In this document: in pieces, positions 1-14,000 of the stretch
Layout: each line of letters begins with the position of its first letter
Position numbering within the stretch: position 1 is the first letter of the stretch
Origin: Pelomyxa schiedti
Taxonomy: Eukaryota > Protista > Evosea
Direction of reading: 5' to 3'
NCBI GenBank assembly: GCA_020536535.1
Contig: JAHLWZ010000417.1
Coordinates: 15,226 to 79,225 of the forward strand
Length of the DNA: 64,000 nt
Made by a program: the position numbers and the translations under genes
Notes under the pieces: generated by a model
Seen by the model: only the letters and a program-made list of their open reading frames with translations
Databases searched by the model: none
What the model was told of the DNA's origin: nothing

Positions 1-2
1 GG

Positions 3-461
3 ATCTCTCGAGACCTTGGATCGCCTGGCTATGGAGTTCCTCACCTTCAGGGGGCTACTTTAGTCTTTCCTGGCGTTGTTAGTTGTCCAGCACAAAGGAA
101 GCCCAAAAGGCGCTATCACGTAGCTCCCAGGAAAAGGAACCATAGCAATGCACCGGAAACAGGTGTTATACTTCCACCCTCACAACGTGGTGGTGGTGGT
201 GGTGGTGCTCCCAGCAGTGCCTCTGTTTCCACTCCTACCACACTCACAAGGGATAAGGATGGTTTCCTTATACCCCCTCTGCCCTCTGTCTTTCCCAAAA
301 ACCAGCAGTCCTCCAAAGAACCACCACCGGCAGCACTTTGTTCAAACACAGGCACCAACAAAAGTGGTGGAGAAAATGATGATGACGACTTGGTAACTGA
401 GACTCATGATGTGGCACCAACAGGCCCCTCTCCCAAAGTCCAGAGGCTCAACAATCCCTAA
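3..461 (+). CDS. 3' end of an unidentified gene (low-complexity C-terminus)
   Basis: Frame is open from the window edge to TAA at 459-461 (...RKPKRRYHVAPRKRN...GGGGGG...KVQRLNNP*). No domain recognised. Confidence 0.45.
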   Translation: MSRDLGSPGYGVPHLQGATLVFPGVVSCPAQRKPKRRYHVAPRKRNHSNAPETGVILPPSQRGGGGGGAPSSASVSTPTTLTRDKDGFLIPPLPSVFPKNQQSSKEPPPAALCSNTGTNKSGGENDDDDLVTETHDVAPTGPSPKVQRLNNP

Positions 462-1227
462 AGGGCAAAAGAGATGGTGTCGGGGGCCCGACAAAAATCA
501 AAAATATGAAAATCAGACCTTTTTCACGAGTGAACTTGTGACCAAGTAGTCAGTCGGTCGTAGTGGCTTTGCAATTCTAACACACATACGCCGAACGAGA
601 ACAGAAGTTGGTGGTTTGTCTTCCATCCCACAATTTAGTTCTGAGGAAGAAAGAACCCTTTTTTTATCGGGAATGATGAAGAGACATTTTGGGGGGAGGG
701 TGAGAGGAGATTGGGCTGATGTACGATCGTGTTGGTTGCGGATATCCCCTGGCTCGTGTTGTGCATTTCCCCATTGCCCTCACTCAAACCCCAAATCAAT
801 CAAACAATAAATAAAAATGCATAAATAATTTTTTTTGCTCCAATTCCTCCTCGATTTGGTATCGTGAACGCCATTGAGTTGGACGGAATGAATATATTAA
901 GAGACATTGGTTATATATTTCTCTTTGAGTTGGATAGCACAATTTTTCTGTTAGGGGAAAATAGATTTTTCTCGTGAACAGCAGGGTTCTGGGCCCCCAG
1001 CAGTGCCCCTTGGGCAATGCTCGACAACACTCAGCAACACTACCACACACCCACGGGCAAGCAGGCCCTGTTGGTGAGATATCGAAAAAAAAAATTAAAT
1101 TTCTCAGTCTTTTTTGACGGTAAAATTGTGTTATCCAACTCAAAGAGATATTATGTGGCAAACTTGGGAGTTCGTTGCTGGCCCCCTGGCATACATACAA
1201 CTTTTTAAAATTCCAAAACTGGCCAGG

Positions 1228-4200
1228 TCATAGGGCACCATCGCACATTTCACAGGATGTGGCCTTGAGGGGGTTGATAAAGGTGCAACTGGGACAGGGC
1301 TTTCCTTTTGGGGCAGCCGTTTGTGTTGTTGGGGGAGGTGGCTTGGGCATTGGTGTGCTGGATAGACCGGTTCCTATTTGTTTTTGTTAATTGGTGGTGA
1401 AAGCCCCCAGGTTGGTGGGTACCTTCAAATGCAAGTGCTCTCTTGGTGGTAGATGCCGGCGGAGCACCGCCGAGCTCTTCCATAATTGTGGGATCGTCTT
1501 CATCAAGCTGGTTGGAATGTGAGTCAATCCGGTTGATTGATGAGAAATCCGTACCTCAGCCACTGTGATTGTGCTGGTCTGAGAGACTTTGTTCTCTCCA
1601 AGGGTGCCTGTTTTCAGTTCGGTGGTTTTCCGTGTTACGGGATTAACAAATGTGAGCCGTTGCCTCACTGGCTCGATTTCCTTGTGAGTTTGTCAAAAAA
1701 AAAAAGGTTTCTCAAGAGGAAAAGGAAACCATCTCCTGAAGAATGAGCAGTCTCAATTCCGATACTGGAGTTGTGGAACTCACTTTTATCCTTTTCACTG
1801 GACTTTGTTATGGCATGATGAGAACTTTAAAAAGCTTACTTGGTTGTGAGAGCCAAAGTCTTGAACCTGAAGCTTTTTTTTTTTTTTTTTCTTTTTTCAC
1901 AAACAAACAAACAAACAAACAAACAAACAAACAAACAAACAAACAAACAAACAAACAAAAAAACTGGGCACATAGGGAGTACCTTTAGTTACTTCGAGGT
2001 ACTCATCCACAAAGTTAAACTTCTCAGCCATACTTTCCTGAGCAGATTGAGAAACACACTCCTCACACAGATCCGGGGTCAGTGCGTAGTCAACTTGGCT
2101 TCCATTCCAGTATGATGAGTAGTTTCTGTTTGTATTGATTCGGAGAACTATCTTGGAGCCTTCTTTCAGGGAGTACCTGGTATGGGATCTCAGTTTAGGA
2201 ACTGCAGTTCATGTCTTCACTCACACCTCTCAACCAAAATAGAGAAAAGTTTCTCAGGGAGAATGCGAAACGGGGAAGATTCTGCATTACAACTAACAAA
2301 CTGCATCGTGAAGACCTTTTCAATGACGTTGATGCCCACTTTATTGTGCTGGCAAACGAATTTACTATTGTCTATAGGACCGGGCCGGGAGGCACTAAAT
2401 TCGTTCATGATAGGAGGACATGGGAAGGTAGGTCACCTCATCGAGTCACGGGAAGAAGTGTATGAAGACCAGATCTGATACCATGCAGAAGAAACCAAGC
2501 AGTATCTTGGGTTATTTTCACATCGTGGGAGGTGTAGTGATGGGATTCTTACTGTGTTCGTTCTTGGATATCATATGGATACCGTATGAAAGAATTTCCA
2601 ATGTCAAAGTACTCGTTATTCTTTGTTTTGAAAAGTCAGAAAGGAGCTAGACAGAGGAAAACTCGCACCAGGTGGTTTGTAATGCGTACAGAATCGTTCC
2701 TCTTTCGTTCATAGTCTTTCCGACAGTCACGGCACTCAGTATCTTGGTGGTATAGAGTTTGATCTGGGCGAATTGTACCCTCACACTGTGTCAAAAAATA
2801 CTCCCAAATCTTGTTTATGGCATTACTACATCAATTAAATTCTGGAAGTATTAACTTCGTCCGAAATTAGTTTGGCATTATCAAGGGGGAAAAGTTTTTT
2901 GTGCTTGCAAAGAATATCTTCAGTAAGCTGCACTACAGGAATCCTAGTGGAAGCGGATGTTTCCTTAAAACCTTCTCAAGGTAAGTGCAGAGACTAACGT
3001 CGAACGTCTTACGCTCTATAAATTTCCTGCTGATATGATACCCTTGTGAAACATACTGCGACTCAAGTCTGTGTTGCATGTCACTCTTCATCTCTTTCAT
3101 CTGCTTCAAAGAATCTCTTCTGGCAATCCAGGTCTGTTAGGAATAAGCACAGTGGAGAATATATATGTATGGTACTTCGAGGCACAGTAGACAGCAGTGC
3201 TCATGGGACAATGCAGGACCTCCACCATAAGTAGCGTGGAACATCTCCCAAACAGGCTAGCACTTCTTTAAGGGAAATACTAGAGGAAGGCAAGAGTACC
3301 ACACTGATTCTCTTCATGTGTGTGGTTGCCCCTTTCTCAAGTTTGGCATTGCCATGCTCACAGACCAGAGAGGCATTATCAATTGGAGGGATTGCTGCCT
3401 GCCCTCCTGACATCCAATTTCTTAGCCATCCAACTTCAATCCAGTGGTATTCCGTTTCAGACTGAGATGGTATTTTCTATACAGAACGTAAATGAGCTTT
3501 CGATGTCACTTGCTATACGTCATGTATTGTGGAGTATAGTTGAAGGTATGATCTTGCTGACTCCTGGTGATCCCTCTCTTCTATGGTGAGCTCATAGTAT
3601 TTTTTTTCAAGCTCCACATTCTCTGCAGTAATCTGCTCTATCACTTTATGCTATTAGATTCGATTGGAAACCAACAAAGAAACATGACAAAACAAAAGAA
3701 GTTCGTGGAGTTGTGTCAGGAATAGTATGTGACTTATTTTGGTAAAACAGCATATATGGTGTTTCGTCTGTTCGATAACTATGTTAGCAAATAACTTTTT
3801 TTTTTGCTTCATCACTCACTTGTTTCTGTAAGAGGAGGTGGAAATTCAGGACACTGAGTTATTCGGAGATCATCACATTTCCACCACATGTCAGTAGACC
3901 TAAAAACAAAATAAAATAAAACCCTAAAAACAAGAGGAAAATTGTACCTGTCCAGTACATAGGCAATATAGTGCCCGCCTTCAGCAAAAATTAAACGGTG
4001 TTCCAAAAAAAATTACGTCACTACCATGAATAGAAACACCAATGTGAGAAAGGACTGCAAATAACTCATAGCGGTGTGGATGTGTTGCATCTTTTTGATG
4101 GAGAGCACTGTCACTTAAAAATTCTTTCATTGACAACTTGGTTTCAATTTTTATAGAGTCCATTAACTGAGTAGTATGTAAAAAAAAAGCCAAGAAAGGG

Positions 4201-6203
4201 AAAGAAAAAAACCTTTTCTTCCTTGGACGATTCTGTATTGAAAGAAAATCTCATCAAATGTAATTTAAGGACCTTATCACTTCTTAGAATTCGAAGGAGC
4301 TTACAGAATAATACCCCTGGTAACCTGGAAATTCTAGTAGCACGCATAATTGTACCACGACTGCAACCACACAAATGAAACCTAATAATAATTCTCACTT
4401 TAGGACTGCGATTCAGTAAACAAACCCACTCAATTCCTCCTCTTTGAAGTAATCATGAAGGCAACCTTGGAGGCTGTGATGTCCCTAAATGAGGATAACT
4501 ACTATGTGCAAGGATGAAAGGCTCACCTTGATATTGAGTTTTATCTCGAAAAAGGGATCTTTGGAAGGCACATATTTCCTACAATTTGTGCACTTGGTTG
4601 AGTACTCAACATAACCTGAAGTTAGGTGATTCAGGAAAAGACATGGCGGACATGGCGTCTGAAAACCTGTCACAAGATATTGAAAGGCATTTAAAAGTTC
4701 ACCAGGGTGCGACTTCACAAACTGTTCCTCTATTCTCCCCATAAGGAGACTGTAAAATCTAAGTCAAGTGAGCATAGCCCATAAAAAGATATTGATGAAT
4801 TACTCGTGGGGATCCTGCTGTGTAGAAGTAGATATTTGAAGAGTAGATGCAAAGGTTTCAGGGGATAAAGACTTTTGTACAGATAATTTCATCGCTAGTA
4901 GTAGTCCCTGCAAATCGGTGCATATTTTTTTCCTCAATTCACTTAATGGGTCATCTTTTTTTGGCCCAACCTTGTAAGAGTTGAGTACATGTAATTGTAC
5001 GCCATATACTTACAAGTAAAGAAGGGTCTAAGAGGAGCAGGAGGTTAAAAAGATTTGTATCTCCAAAAATGCACTGAAGAACCGAATTCATGTAGCAGGT
5101 TGAACCAAGGTTCTATTGACAGTTTAGTGGTAGGTCTTTGTATCGCTAAGAGATACCTGCAACCCAATAAAAGGATGTGTCAGTGGACAGTCTATCTGCA
5201 ATGTACTTCTTGGATTTGGTTTATGGGATGAACTTCCCTTTCGCCCACTTGGTGGAGCAGAAGAAGACACTGAAGAGGAACCTGTAGTGGAGGAACTGGC
5301 TAAATCACTCAGCTTGACCCTCAGGCCATCTTGGCAAACAATGACTGGCTTCGCTACTGATGCTGTAGGGACCACTGCTGTGGAGGTCGTGTTGGACACA
5401 GGTTTCGTAGAGGAACTCTTTGAGAAGCGGGAGGAACTTGAGGTCAATTTTGAAAAGAGTGAGGAACTTGATGAAGTTAATGGAGTTGCTTGTGGCGTGG
5501 CAGTGGTAGTGGTAGTGGTAGTAGTAGTAGTAGCAGTAGCTTTGGCAGCTGAAGCAGCTGCAGAAGCATCAGCTGCAGCTTTTTTGTGGCGCCATCGTGA
5601 AACCAATGATGCCACTTCTTCAGCAGACACATCCTCTCCAGGAACAACCTAAGGAAAAGAATATATCAGCTCATACTTATGGAATTTATGGAGAATGACA
5701 ATTGGGTCAACAGCTAGTCCCACAAAGCAATTTGGATTTTTCGCACAGTTGACGCCTGTTTTGCGGCTGGATTCTGAAGAACTTGCCGAAGTGAAGGAAG
5801 ACCCATAATTTGAGCTGTAGATGTGCTCCCAGTCTTTGCACTGTGGGTCACGAATTCGGTACACAAGGTCCATCAATTCTCTCTCTATTTGAAAAAACCA
5901 AAATAAATTGACTGATCTTCCATAACATTTTGCCCAAAACAACAGAAACACCCACAATTCTCAGCTCGGCACAGACAAGCCCCCAACACATAAAGTATTT
6001 GAGAACAGCAAAAAAAAAAAAAAAACCAAAACCCACTCCGCCATCAAATACATACTGGCTTCGACGGGATTGAAGTAAGATCTGGCCGAATACCCATTCC
6101 GATCGGCTGCATCGTCGGCCGTTGCACTGTGTTTGACCAAGTCAGACACCAACCGGTCGAGCCTCTCCTTTCTCCTGCCACTACTCCCATAATAGTACGA
6201 CAT
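1228..6203 (-). CDS. USP48: Ubiquitin-specific protease, USP48/UBP26-like, multi-exon, with C-terminal NZF/RanBP2 zinc finger
   Basis: N-terminal NCAKNPNCFVGL motif (cf. USP48 NCKGNPNC). Cys box LGSTCYMNSVLQ near 5080-5110 and His box YELFAVLSHIG...GGHYIAYVLD near 3950-4070. Spliced FEG|TGL matches the USP48 tail, followed by CPSCTFINPLKATSCEMCDGAL* ending at 1228. Confidence 0.85.
1901..1956 (+). repeat. (AAAC)14 microsatellite, intronic in the USP48-like gene
   Basis: Perfect tetranucleotide repeat visible directly, next to a poly-T tract. Confidence 0.95.
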
Positions 6204-6381
6204 CAGGCGTGCCTATCCACCAATGTGCAACTGTCTCCGAGATAGTAGTGCTAGTCACTGGTTTCTTGGTTGTGTGCCTTGTATTTGGGTGTCACAAAAC
6301 GGTCAGGTTGGTGGAAGAAGAACTTTTAATTTGTTTGTTTTTCAGAAAAAGCGTTCTCGTAAGTGGGGTTTTTTTTTTTCA

Positions 6382-7844
6382 TCAGACTGAGGACAGAGGA
6401 GACTGGGAGTTGGCGAGGGTGATGGAGTGGAGGAGAAGGTCCCAGAATTTGGGCACGTTGACTGACCTGGCAACGAGGACGTTTTTGGGCTTATGGGACA
6501 TTCCGTAGATATCACAGATAGTCTCACCAGCACACAAATCACTGCTGGTTTCTATATCTACTCTCATCTTGGTTGTGGTAAATAGTCCGGGATCAATCAC
6601 ATAGGCTACAGCAAGAGGGTCTTGATTTTTTTATTTTGTTGTGTTTGTTTGTGTTTTGTTCTCACTGTTAGCACTGTGATATATATGTTTTGGTGGGTGC
6701 AGCTTACCGTGAAGGGGAGGGAAGTCGAAGCCAAATACGGTTTTATATGATTCTGAAAAGAACATCAAGAGTTCTCCAAGGAAAGCAGAGTACGTTGTGC
6801 CCAGTTGAACAATCCGCTGCTTGACTTCGGGCGTAACAAGAACCTGTGACAGGTGAGCATCTCAAGTGGCAAAATCAATTCGTACAGTATGGCTGACATC
6901 AATGGGAACCATTACAATATCGACTCCTGATTCGAAAACCATCCTTGCAGCCTCTGGATCAACCTGGTATGTGGTCTGTAAGAGATAATATATGCAAGGA
7001 ATCTAACAAGAATGTTGAATTCGGCTGAGGGTGTAATGTTACCGCATCCTATTGCGCCTCCTAATGAATTTACTATTACGGGTGAAGAATAAAAAATAAG
7101 AGGATGCACCCAAGAGTACTATTTTTTCGATATGCTCCTTGCACTCTGGAAACAGTGATAAAAGTAATGCTACATTCGTGAGACAGGCTGTAGCCACAAG
7201 AATAATTGGTTCGGGTGAGGCCAGAATTACATCAGCCATATCTAACAAAGGTGATCCTTACAAAACATATGGCTTTGCATCTGTCATACGCAATACAGCT
7301 TTTTTGGCTAGAGGGAGCTTTGTGGGAGGGGGAAGTTTGAAGTTGCTATCCAGCCCCGAAATTCCGTGTATCTCAGGACAAATACGAGATGGTCTCATCA
7401 GAGGGAATGCCTGACCCTTAACAACATCTGTACGGAGTCACATTTTGGTAAGGTAAGTGGAAATACAAGGTCTATACACTGGCTCACATTCTCGCATACA
7501 TACCGACATTTATACCAGATAACTCGCACATCCGCAGAGCATTGCGAGTGGTATTTTCGACGGTTTGGTTTCCTGCCACAGTAGAAATTCCCAGCAGTTC
7601 TATAGCCTCATTTGTCCCTGGTTGTGTACAACACAAATTAATTTTTAAAAATGTGTACGAGTTAGAAACAAAATAAATGCGAGTCTCGTTCAAACCTGCT
7701 AGAATGATTGCGAATGCATCGTCGTGACCTGTTGGAATTCAGCTTTTACTTCTAGGTCCTCAAAACAAACAGAGGCCCCTGAAAGACAAACGTACCAGGG
7801 TCGCAATCTAGCCACACCTTGCGCCTATGTGGGGTGCTGGACAT
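6382..7844 (-). CDS. Inosine/uridine-preferring nucleoside hydrolase (multi-exon)
   Basis: Spliced N-terminus MSSTPHRRKVWLDCDPG|HDDAFAII (DxDPGxDD), plus LLGISTVAGNQTVENTTRNA, GNITPSAEFNI and C-terminal GETICDIY...NVLVARSVNVPKFW. Confidence 0.92.
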
Positions 7845-8049
7845 GAGCCGTAGAGTGATTTATGGGAAGGTCCTGTGTGTTGTCGCCTCTCTGGTGGTTC
7901 CCAGGAGTCCCAAAGGCTCCCAAACGAAGGAAATATCCCAAGTGTGCATTCTCCCATCGTCAACCAACTCGGTACCTCTCACTCACAGACCCCCAGGGAG
8001 GATTCACTGAACGAAGTGTTGAACTATTTCTATTTAGGGAGACCGAGAG

Positions 8050-11000
8050 ATGTTGCGCACACGGGGTATTGACTACCGAGACAATTGAAATGCCAATGTG
8101 TCATTAACTTGAACGCCAAAAACAACATAAAAAACAAAAAAAAATCGCTACTACACACAGGGAGTGCCTTTGCTCTGATTGTGGCTGTGCTTGTGTCTTT
8201 TGCTCAAATCCAGATCTCCACTTGCCAGGAGGAATGCACTCTCGACGACTACATACCAGCGTACACTGAGTGTAGGGGTGATAACACTCGAGATTTGTTG
8301 TATTACAAGGACCCTAATTCACAGTGCCAAGGCGGTGTAGAGCAGCCTGCAAACGTATTTAATTTACCTTGCGGTAATGTGACTTTTTTTTTTTTTTTTT
8401 AACTCAAAAAAACAAAATTCAAAGATATTTCTTGCTCTAGTGGCTACTACCTCCCATATGGGGCTCTCTCTTGTTCTCCTTGTGGTCCAGGTTTTTCTTT
8501 TCTTTCTTTCTGTTTTTGGAACAAGCCTTATGCCAGGATACTTCTCAATTGGTGGGGGAACCCGGGTAATGGATTGGGCTGGATTCCCATCCACTGGACC
8601 AGCTTCTAACCGCTTGTATTTCAACACATATGCTTTGACAAGCGCTGGGGCACAAATAACAACGGGACGGTGGCAGCTTGGTGCAAATTCTACCCTCTAC
8701 ATCACCTCAGGCCCAATTGGAAATTCACAATCCAGTGTACTGGAGCTTACCGTGAATGTATGTCTTCCCTATCTTTACCTTGAGGGCTGACCTTCCACCC
8801 CTTTGCGAAGTTACTTGTTAAAGGCTTAATTGGCTTCATGTATAAAGTTGATGCAGAGCCAAATTATGACGGACTGGAATTCTTAATTGATGGGACAATT
8901 GCCCTTACGAAGGCATGTGCATTGCAGATTGATTATCTTACTCATTGTCTTAGAAATGGACAGTTTTAGAATACACAACTGTGGCTTACAATTTGACAAA
9001 TGGAGTTCACACACTAAAATGGGTTTATTCTAAAGATGGCTCACAGGCTAATGGTGCTGACGCAGCATTTCTTAAAGTCGGCTCTGCATTTTCTTTTCAA
9101 CCTAACAGGTGTGACATTTATGCAGTTCGTGGAAGTCCATGGTCTAGATTATGCAGACGATGTATGCACTGCATGCTCCCCAGGAACCTACAACCCTCTG
9201 GAAACACAAAGGCGGTGTTTTCTGTGCCCAAGAAACACTTTCTCCAATAGTTCTCACAGCACTTCATGCACTTCTTGTGGTGGTACCTACTATTCACTTG
9301 AGGGTTCTTCACAGTGCTCCCCAAGAACAAGTAGTATTCCTCATATTAGCCTTCCTCACCCTCTTCTACTCCCCACTTTAGATTGTACCACTTCTGATTA
9401 TGAGTCCTACTACACACCCTGCGAGTTGCGAGATGGGCAGCCAGTTCGAGATCTAGTGAGCACCATTTCATATTTAATTTTATTTTTTCCCTTTTTATTT
9501 TTTTTTAAAAAAAAAAAAGAAATACAGATGGGTAAACTCCACCTTTTGTAATTTCCGTGAGTCAAGCCTTCCAGTTGATAGCCTTAATCTTCCATGCGGT
9601 AAACTCTTGTTGAAAACTCTGCAAAACCAAGTCAACATAATCTAGGGGCTTGCAACAGTGGTCAGTATCGTCCCTCTGGTGATTACAGGTGCCTCTGGTG
9701 CCCTGTAGGCACAGCTGCACTTGCCAACTCGACTTCCTGCCCTCCTTGTGGTGAGGGAACTGCAGCTGTACCTGGATTGTTTTACAACAATTGGCATGAA
9801 TGGGTTTACCTACCTGGCTTTTCCACAACATGCACTGGCTCATGTGGAACAACGTATACAACAATTTGAAACCTTTCCACTAACTTCACACTACCAGGGG
9901 ATGGTTACTAGCTGGCTCCTATATTTATTCAGGTACAGGTCATGGTCGCTATGTAACTTCTACACTTATCCTTAAAACTCAGGCATGCACTAAATTTTCG
10001 ATAACAAACTAACTCCACCACCCAGCAATTGCAACGTGGGTATCTCTCTTTCACTTTTGGTTACTCTTGCCGATCCCCATACCAATGTCAACTGCAGTTT
10101 ATTGACGAATCACGATCATCGTCAACCTTGTATTACTTCAGTCCTGCGTATGTGCTCTTAAAAATACTGCTACAAAGTGACCCAAAGCATAAAAATAACT
10201 TTTCTTATGGTAGAACCCAAAACTACTTGTGTGAAGTTGGAAACCATACATTTAAGTTCGTCTTCTCTAAAACGAGTTCTGGGCTTGTAAACACACCCAC
10301 TGATTACATTAAAATTTCGGTTTCTCTCTCCCAATCAAGTTCCTACTGACTTCATACCAGAGTATCTCACTCACAGGTGGTGTTACTTTGGCCTATGAAG
10401 GGGGCGCTAAACAGTGCACAACCTGCACTGCTGGGACATACAGCCCAGGGGGTATCCAGTTTTGTCAAAACTGCAGTGCAGGATATTCGAGGTAAACTGA
10501 GGTCTAGCACTAACCACTTCTCAATCTTGCAGCCCCGCTGCAGCATCACAGTGTGAACCCTGCCCTGAAGGAACTTTCAACCCGGAAGTTGCTGGTGCAT
10601 GTTTGGCTTGTGGTGGGGGGACGACAGCTCCTGCGGGCTCCACTGCTTGTGTGAACAACTGTACATTTTCTCCTGATGGCGGAGTTACAATGTTCGATCT
10701 TAACGGCCTGAAAAGGTAGTCTAAGAACCAAAATCACACACTCAACATTTTAGAACTGGTGATATGTATGGACCCATCTACGACCAGTATGTACACGGGA
10801 GTTTCCTTTTTTTGCTCAGGGGGGTGCAGGCTGAAGATGAGCTACTATACCAATGTTTGTTCCCTTCAGCACAGTAACCGCAGCTGCTATGACCGATATG
10901 GTGTTCCAATTCTCGGATATGCTTGCCAAGTTGGCAGTGCCCACTTCCTTATCTTTTTTGTGAAATTGGTAGGTAACCAATCTTTGTGACAATGCTGGGC

Positions 11001-14000
11001 ATTGCATTGGCATGAATCTTGGTGATGTGATTGGGTTCTATGCAGGCGAACAACCAACAGGTTCTTTTTACAAATCATCCTTCCAGAATAACAAAACTAG
11101 AGAGCTTGGTTATTTCCTATACACATGGAACCCCAGGATGCGGCGGTGTGGCCAGGTCTCTGAATATTACGTTCAAATGTACTCCTGGCAGTGGTATTGG
11201 GTATCCCACACCACCCCCAATCAATACCATTGAGGGTCCGCCATGCAAGTACAATCTCGTCTGGGAGACTGAGTATGGGGTATGACCCAGATCTTTGTAC
11301 CAAGTTATGACTGTACTGTAGTGCCCTATTTGCTCGTCTGCCCATTATACCTATTACCTTACCACATGTGAGAATAATCAACGTCAGAAAGTTTACTTTT
11401 GGCTGGAAAACCCGAAACGGTGCCATGATGGGGTAGCTCTCCCTGCAACAGAAACAATCTTTGTGAATTGCTGTATGCACTCTTAAACTTGTCTGAGACT
11501 AACAACGTCCTATCAGCTTCTACCACTATATGTTCCCCTGGTAGTTATGCTCTTGATACTGGAGAGTGTGCACAATGTGAGCCAGGGACATACAGTGTTG
11601 GTTCTGGAAATACTTACTTCGAGTTTATGAGTGTACCTTCAGACTTCACTACATCTTGTATAGGCACCAACTGCAAGGGTTCGTATAGAGTGGCAATTTA
11701 CCTGTCCATTTGACTTTCTTAGGGTTTGTGGCACAAGGAGGTCTTCTTGTTTCAACTGCCGGAACGTCGATAATGGAATTAACCACTCAGTTTTTGATTC
11801 AGGGATCTGTCACATTTGCTTACCAAGTATTGGCAAATGGCTTAGAGGTCAACGCCCCACTCACTGGTCCCTGTGGTGTTGACTGTAACTTGCACCTAGG
11901 AAGGAGAAGGCTCTGGCATTTTTGAATTTTCAATTGATCAACAAACTGTTTTATCTGTCAAACAGACAATATTTGATTACAGAGACTTCACTGCTGTAGT
12001 GGCGGTTTGCCCCCATATTCTTCTCTTGTGTCGATTTATTTCACCTCAGGTCGGTCCCCACATCCTCTCATGGAAGTTCACTGGTGGAGCTACACCTTCT
12101 CTTAAGTACGGTTTAATTTTATAATCATATGTACTAAAGGGTTCTCCCCAGTGATAATTCCTTCTCGTCCATGGCCATTTCCTCACTATCCATTATTGGA
12201 AATGAGTACTCACCTCTTGTGTGCACTCCGTGTCATTCTGGCGAATACCAGAGCTCAAAGGGGCAAACTGGTTGTAATGTTTGTTCTGCCAATACCTACG
12301 CCTCAGGGGGTGCTGCAGAATGCCTGTAAGCTGGTTGGAATTTTAGATATATTTAACATTTCCGCAGCCCTTGTGAGGATGACATGTACAGCTTCCCCGA
12401 TTCGGCCACATGCGAGCCAAAATCCATCTGTAATCAAACAGATTATCAAGCATACTTCACTACCTGCAGTGTGACGACTGGAACCAGAACCAAATATTGG
12501 GTTCCTCTTGAACCAGCAACTTGTGTATGACTTCCCTGCTATGTACAGTGAGAACCGACTGCTAATAGGTTGATGGTTATGTCCCTCCGGCACCTCAAAC
12601 TGGGCTTGTCTGTGCCGACTGTCAAGAGGGCATGTTTCGCCCTCAAGGTCAATCGGAATGTGTGGGGTGCTCTTCTGGGACATACTATGATGGTGAGTTC
12701 CCTGTCACACAGGTTTCCGCCCTGTGACTTATTAGCAAGGTTCTTCATGTGTACCTGCCGAGGCCGGCTCCTTTATATTGTATTCTAGAGACTACTTTTC
12801 AACCCAAGAACTGGAAGAAACCTTTCCCACTGGATGGAGTACAACATGTTACGGACACTGTGGCTCAAGGTTCGGCTCCCTTTTATTTGTTTACCTTCTC
12901 ACCACTTCTTCTACAGTGGTTGGCAGGTGATGTCTGGTTATGTGTCTTCTGGGCGTCATTTGGCACAGTATTCTGTTATGTCAGTTCTCTCATATGTTGC
13001 AACGGTCAGTAAAGTTATTTCCCTATCGCTATGACATTTGTAGTTTGTTACAGATGGCGTGGTTTCCTTCTCATTTTCACGCGATTTTACCGATTCTACT
13101 CATGGTCTTCAGTTCTTTATCAACAACATTCGTATGGACCTACCAACAGGTCCTTTTTCCTTCCTTTCTTCTCTTTGGCTAAGTGGGCAAAAGACTCTTC
13201 TAGAGCAGTAGTTTCCTTCAGTGTACCTGCAGGAGGAGCTGAGCTTGATTGGGTCTATATTCAGAACCCATCTCAAACATCTGGACAGGTTTCGTTTTTG
13301 AGAAGTTGATAACGCAAACGGACTTCTTCCAGGTTTCCATTTCGGATGTATCAATTTCTGGTATATCATCTGGATCATCTTCACTTGGGCAATGCCCAGC
13401 AGGAACCTATAGCGGCGGTTCAGCCATGGGTTGCACAGTGTGCCCACCAGGAGAATACTCTGCTGCTCCCAGTTCACCAGAGGTTTTTTTTTCCTATATC
13501 TTCATCCCTCTCATCATCATGTAGTGCACGTTATGTGCTTCAAACTTTTATGCTTCTAATCCAGGCTCCACTTCTTGTGCACCATGCCCAACAGGAACCT
13601 ACACACCCGATCCAGGAGCTTCTCAGTGCGACACCACTTGTATTTTTGTTGCTCGAGATGGCGAACACACATTCACTTTCAATCTGACAGAATTGAAGTA
13701 CTTTCCTATTCCTCTAACAGAGAGCGTGACCACAACAGGAAAACAGTTGGACCAGTTCTTTCTGAGGACAGCTCGATGTATCTGATTAATATTTGTGATT
13801 TCAACATCTCCGGCAGTATCTGTGTTGATTCCACTGGATCGCCGCTTGCAACTCATGTATGTGGACGCGGTTTAGCTGACAATGTGGCACACGATTTTGG
13901 ATCTTTATTAGAATTTTCTGCACTCACAGGGGGTTTCTTCGCCAGTCTTAATGAAATTTTACTCAAAAAACCCTATACAGCTGAAGACAGTGGTTTCCAA

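Noticed and set aside
796-1200. 134-aa minus-strand ORF
   Set aside because: It lies downstream of the USP stop, has no recognisable motifs and contains homopolymer runs; likely UTR or intergenic.
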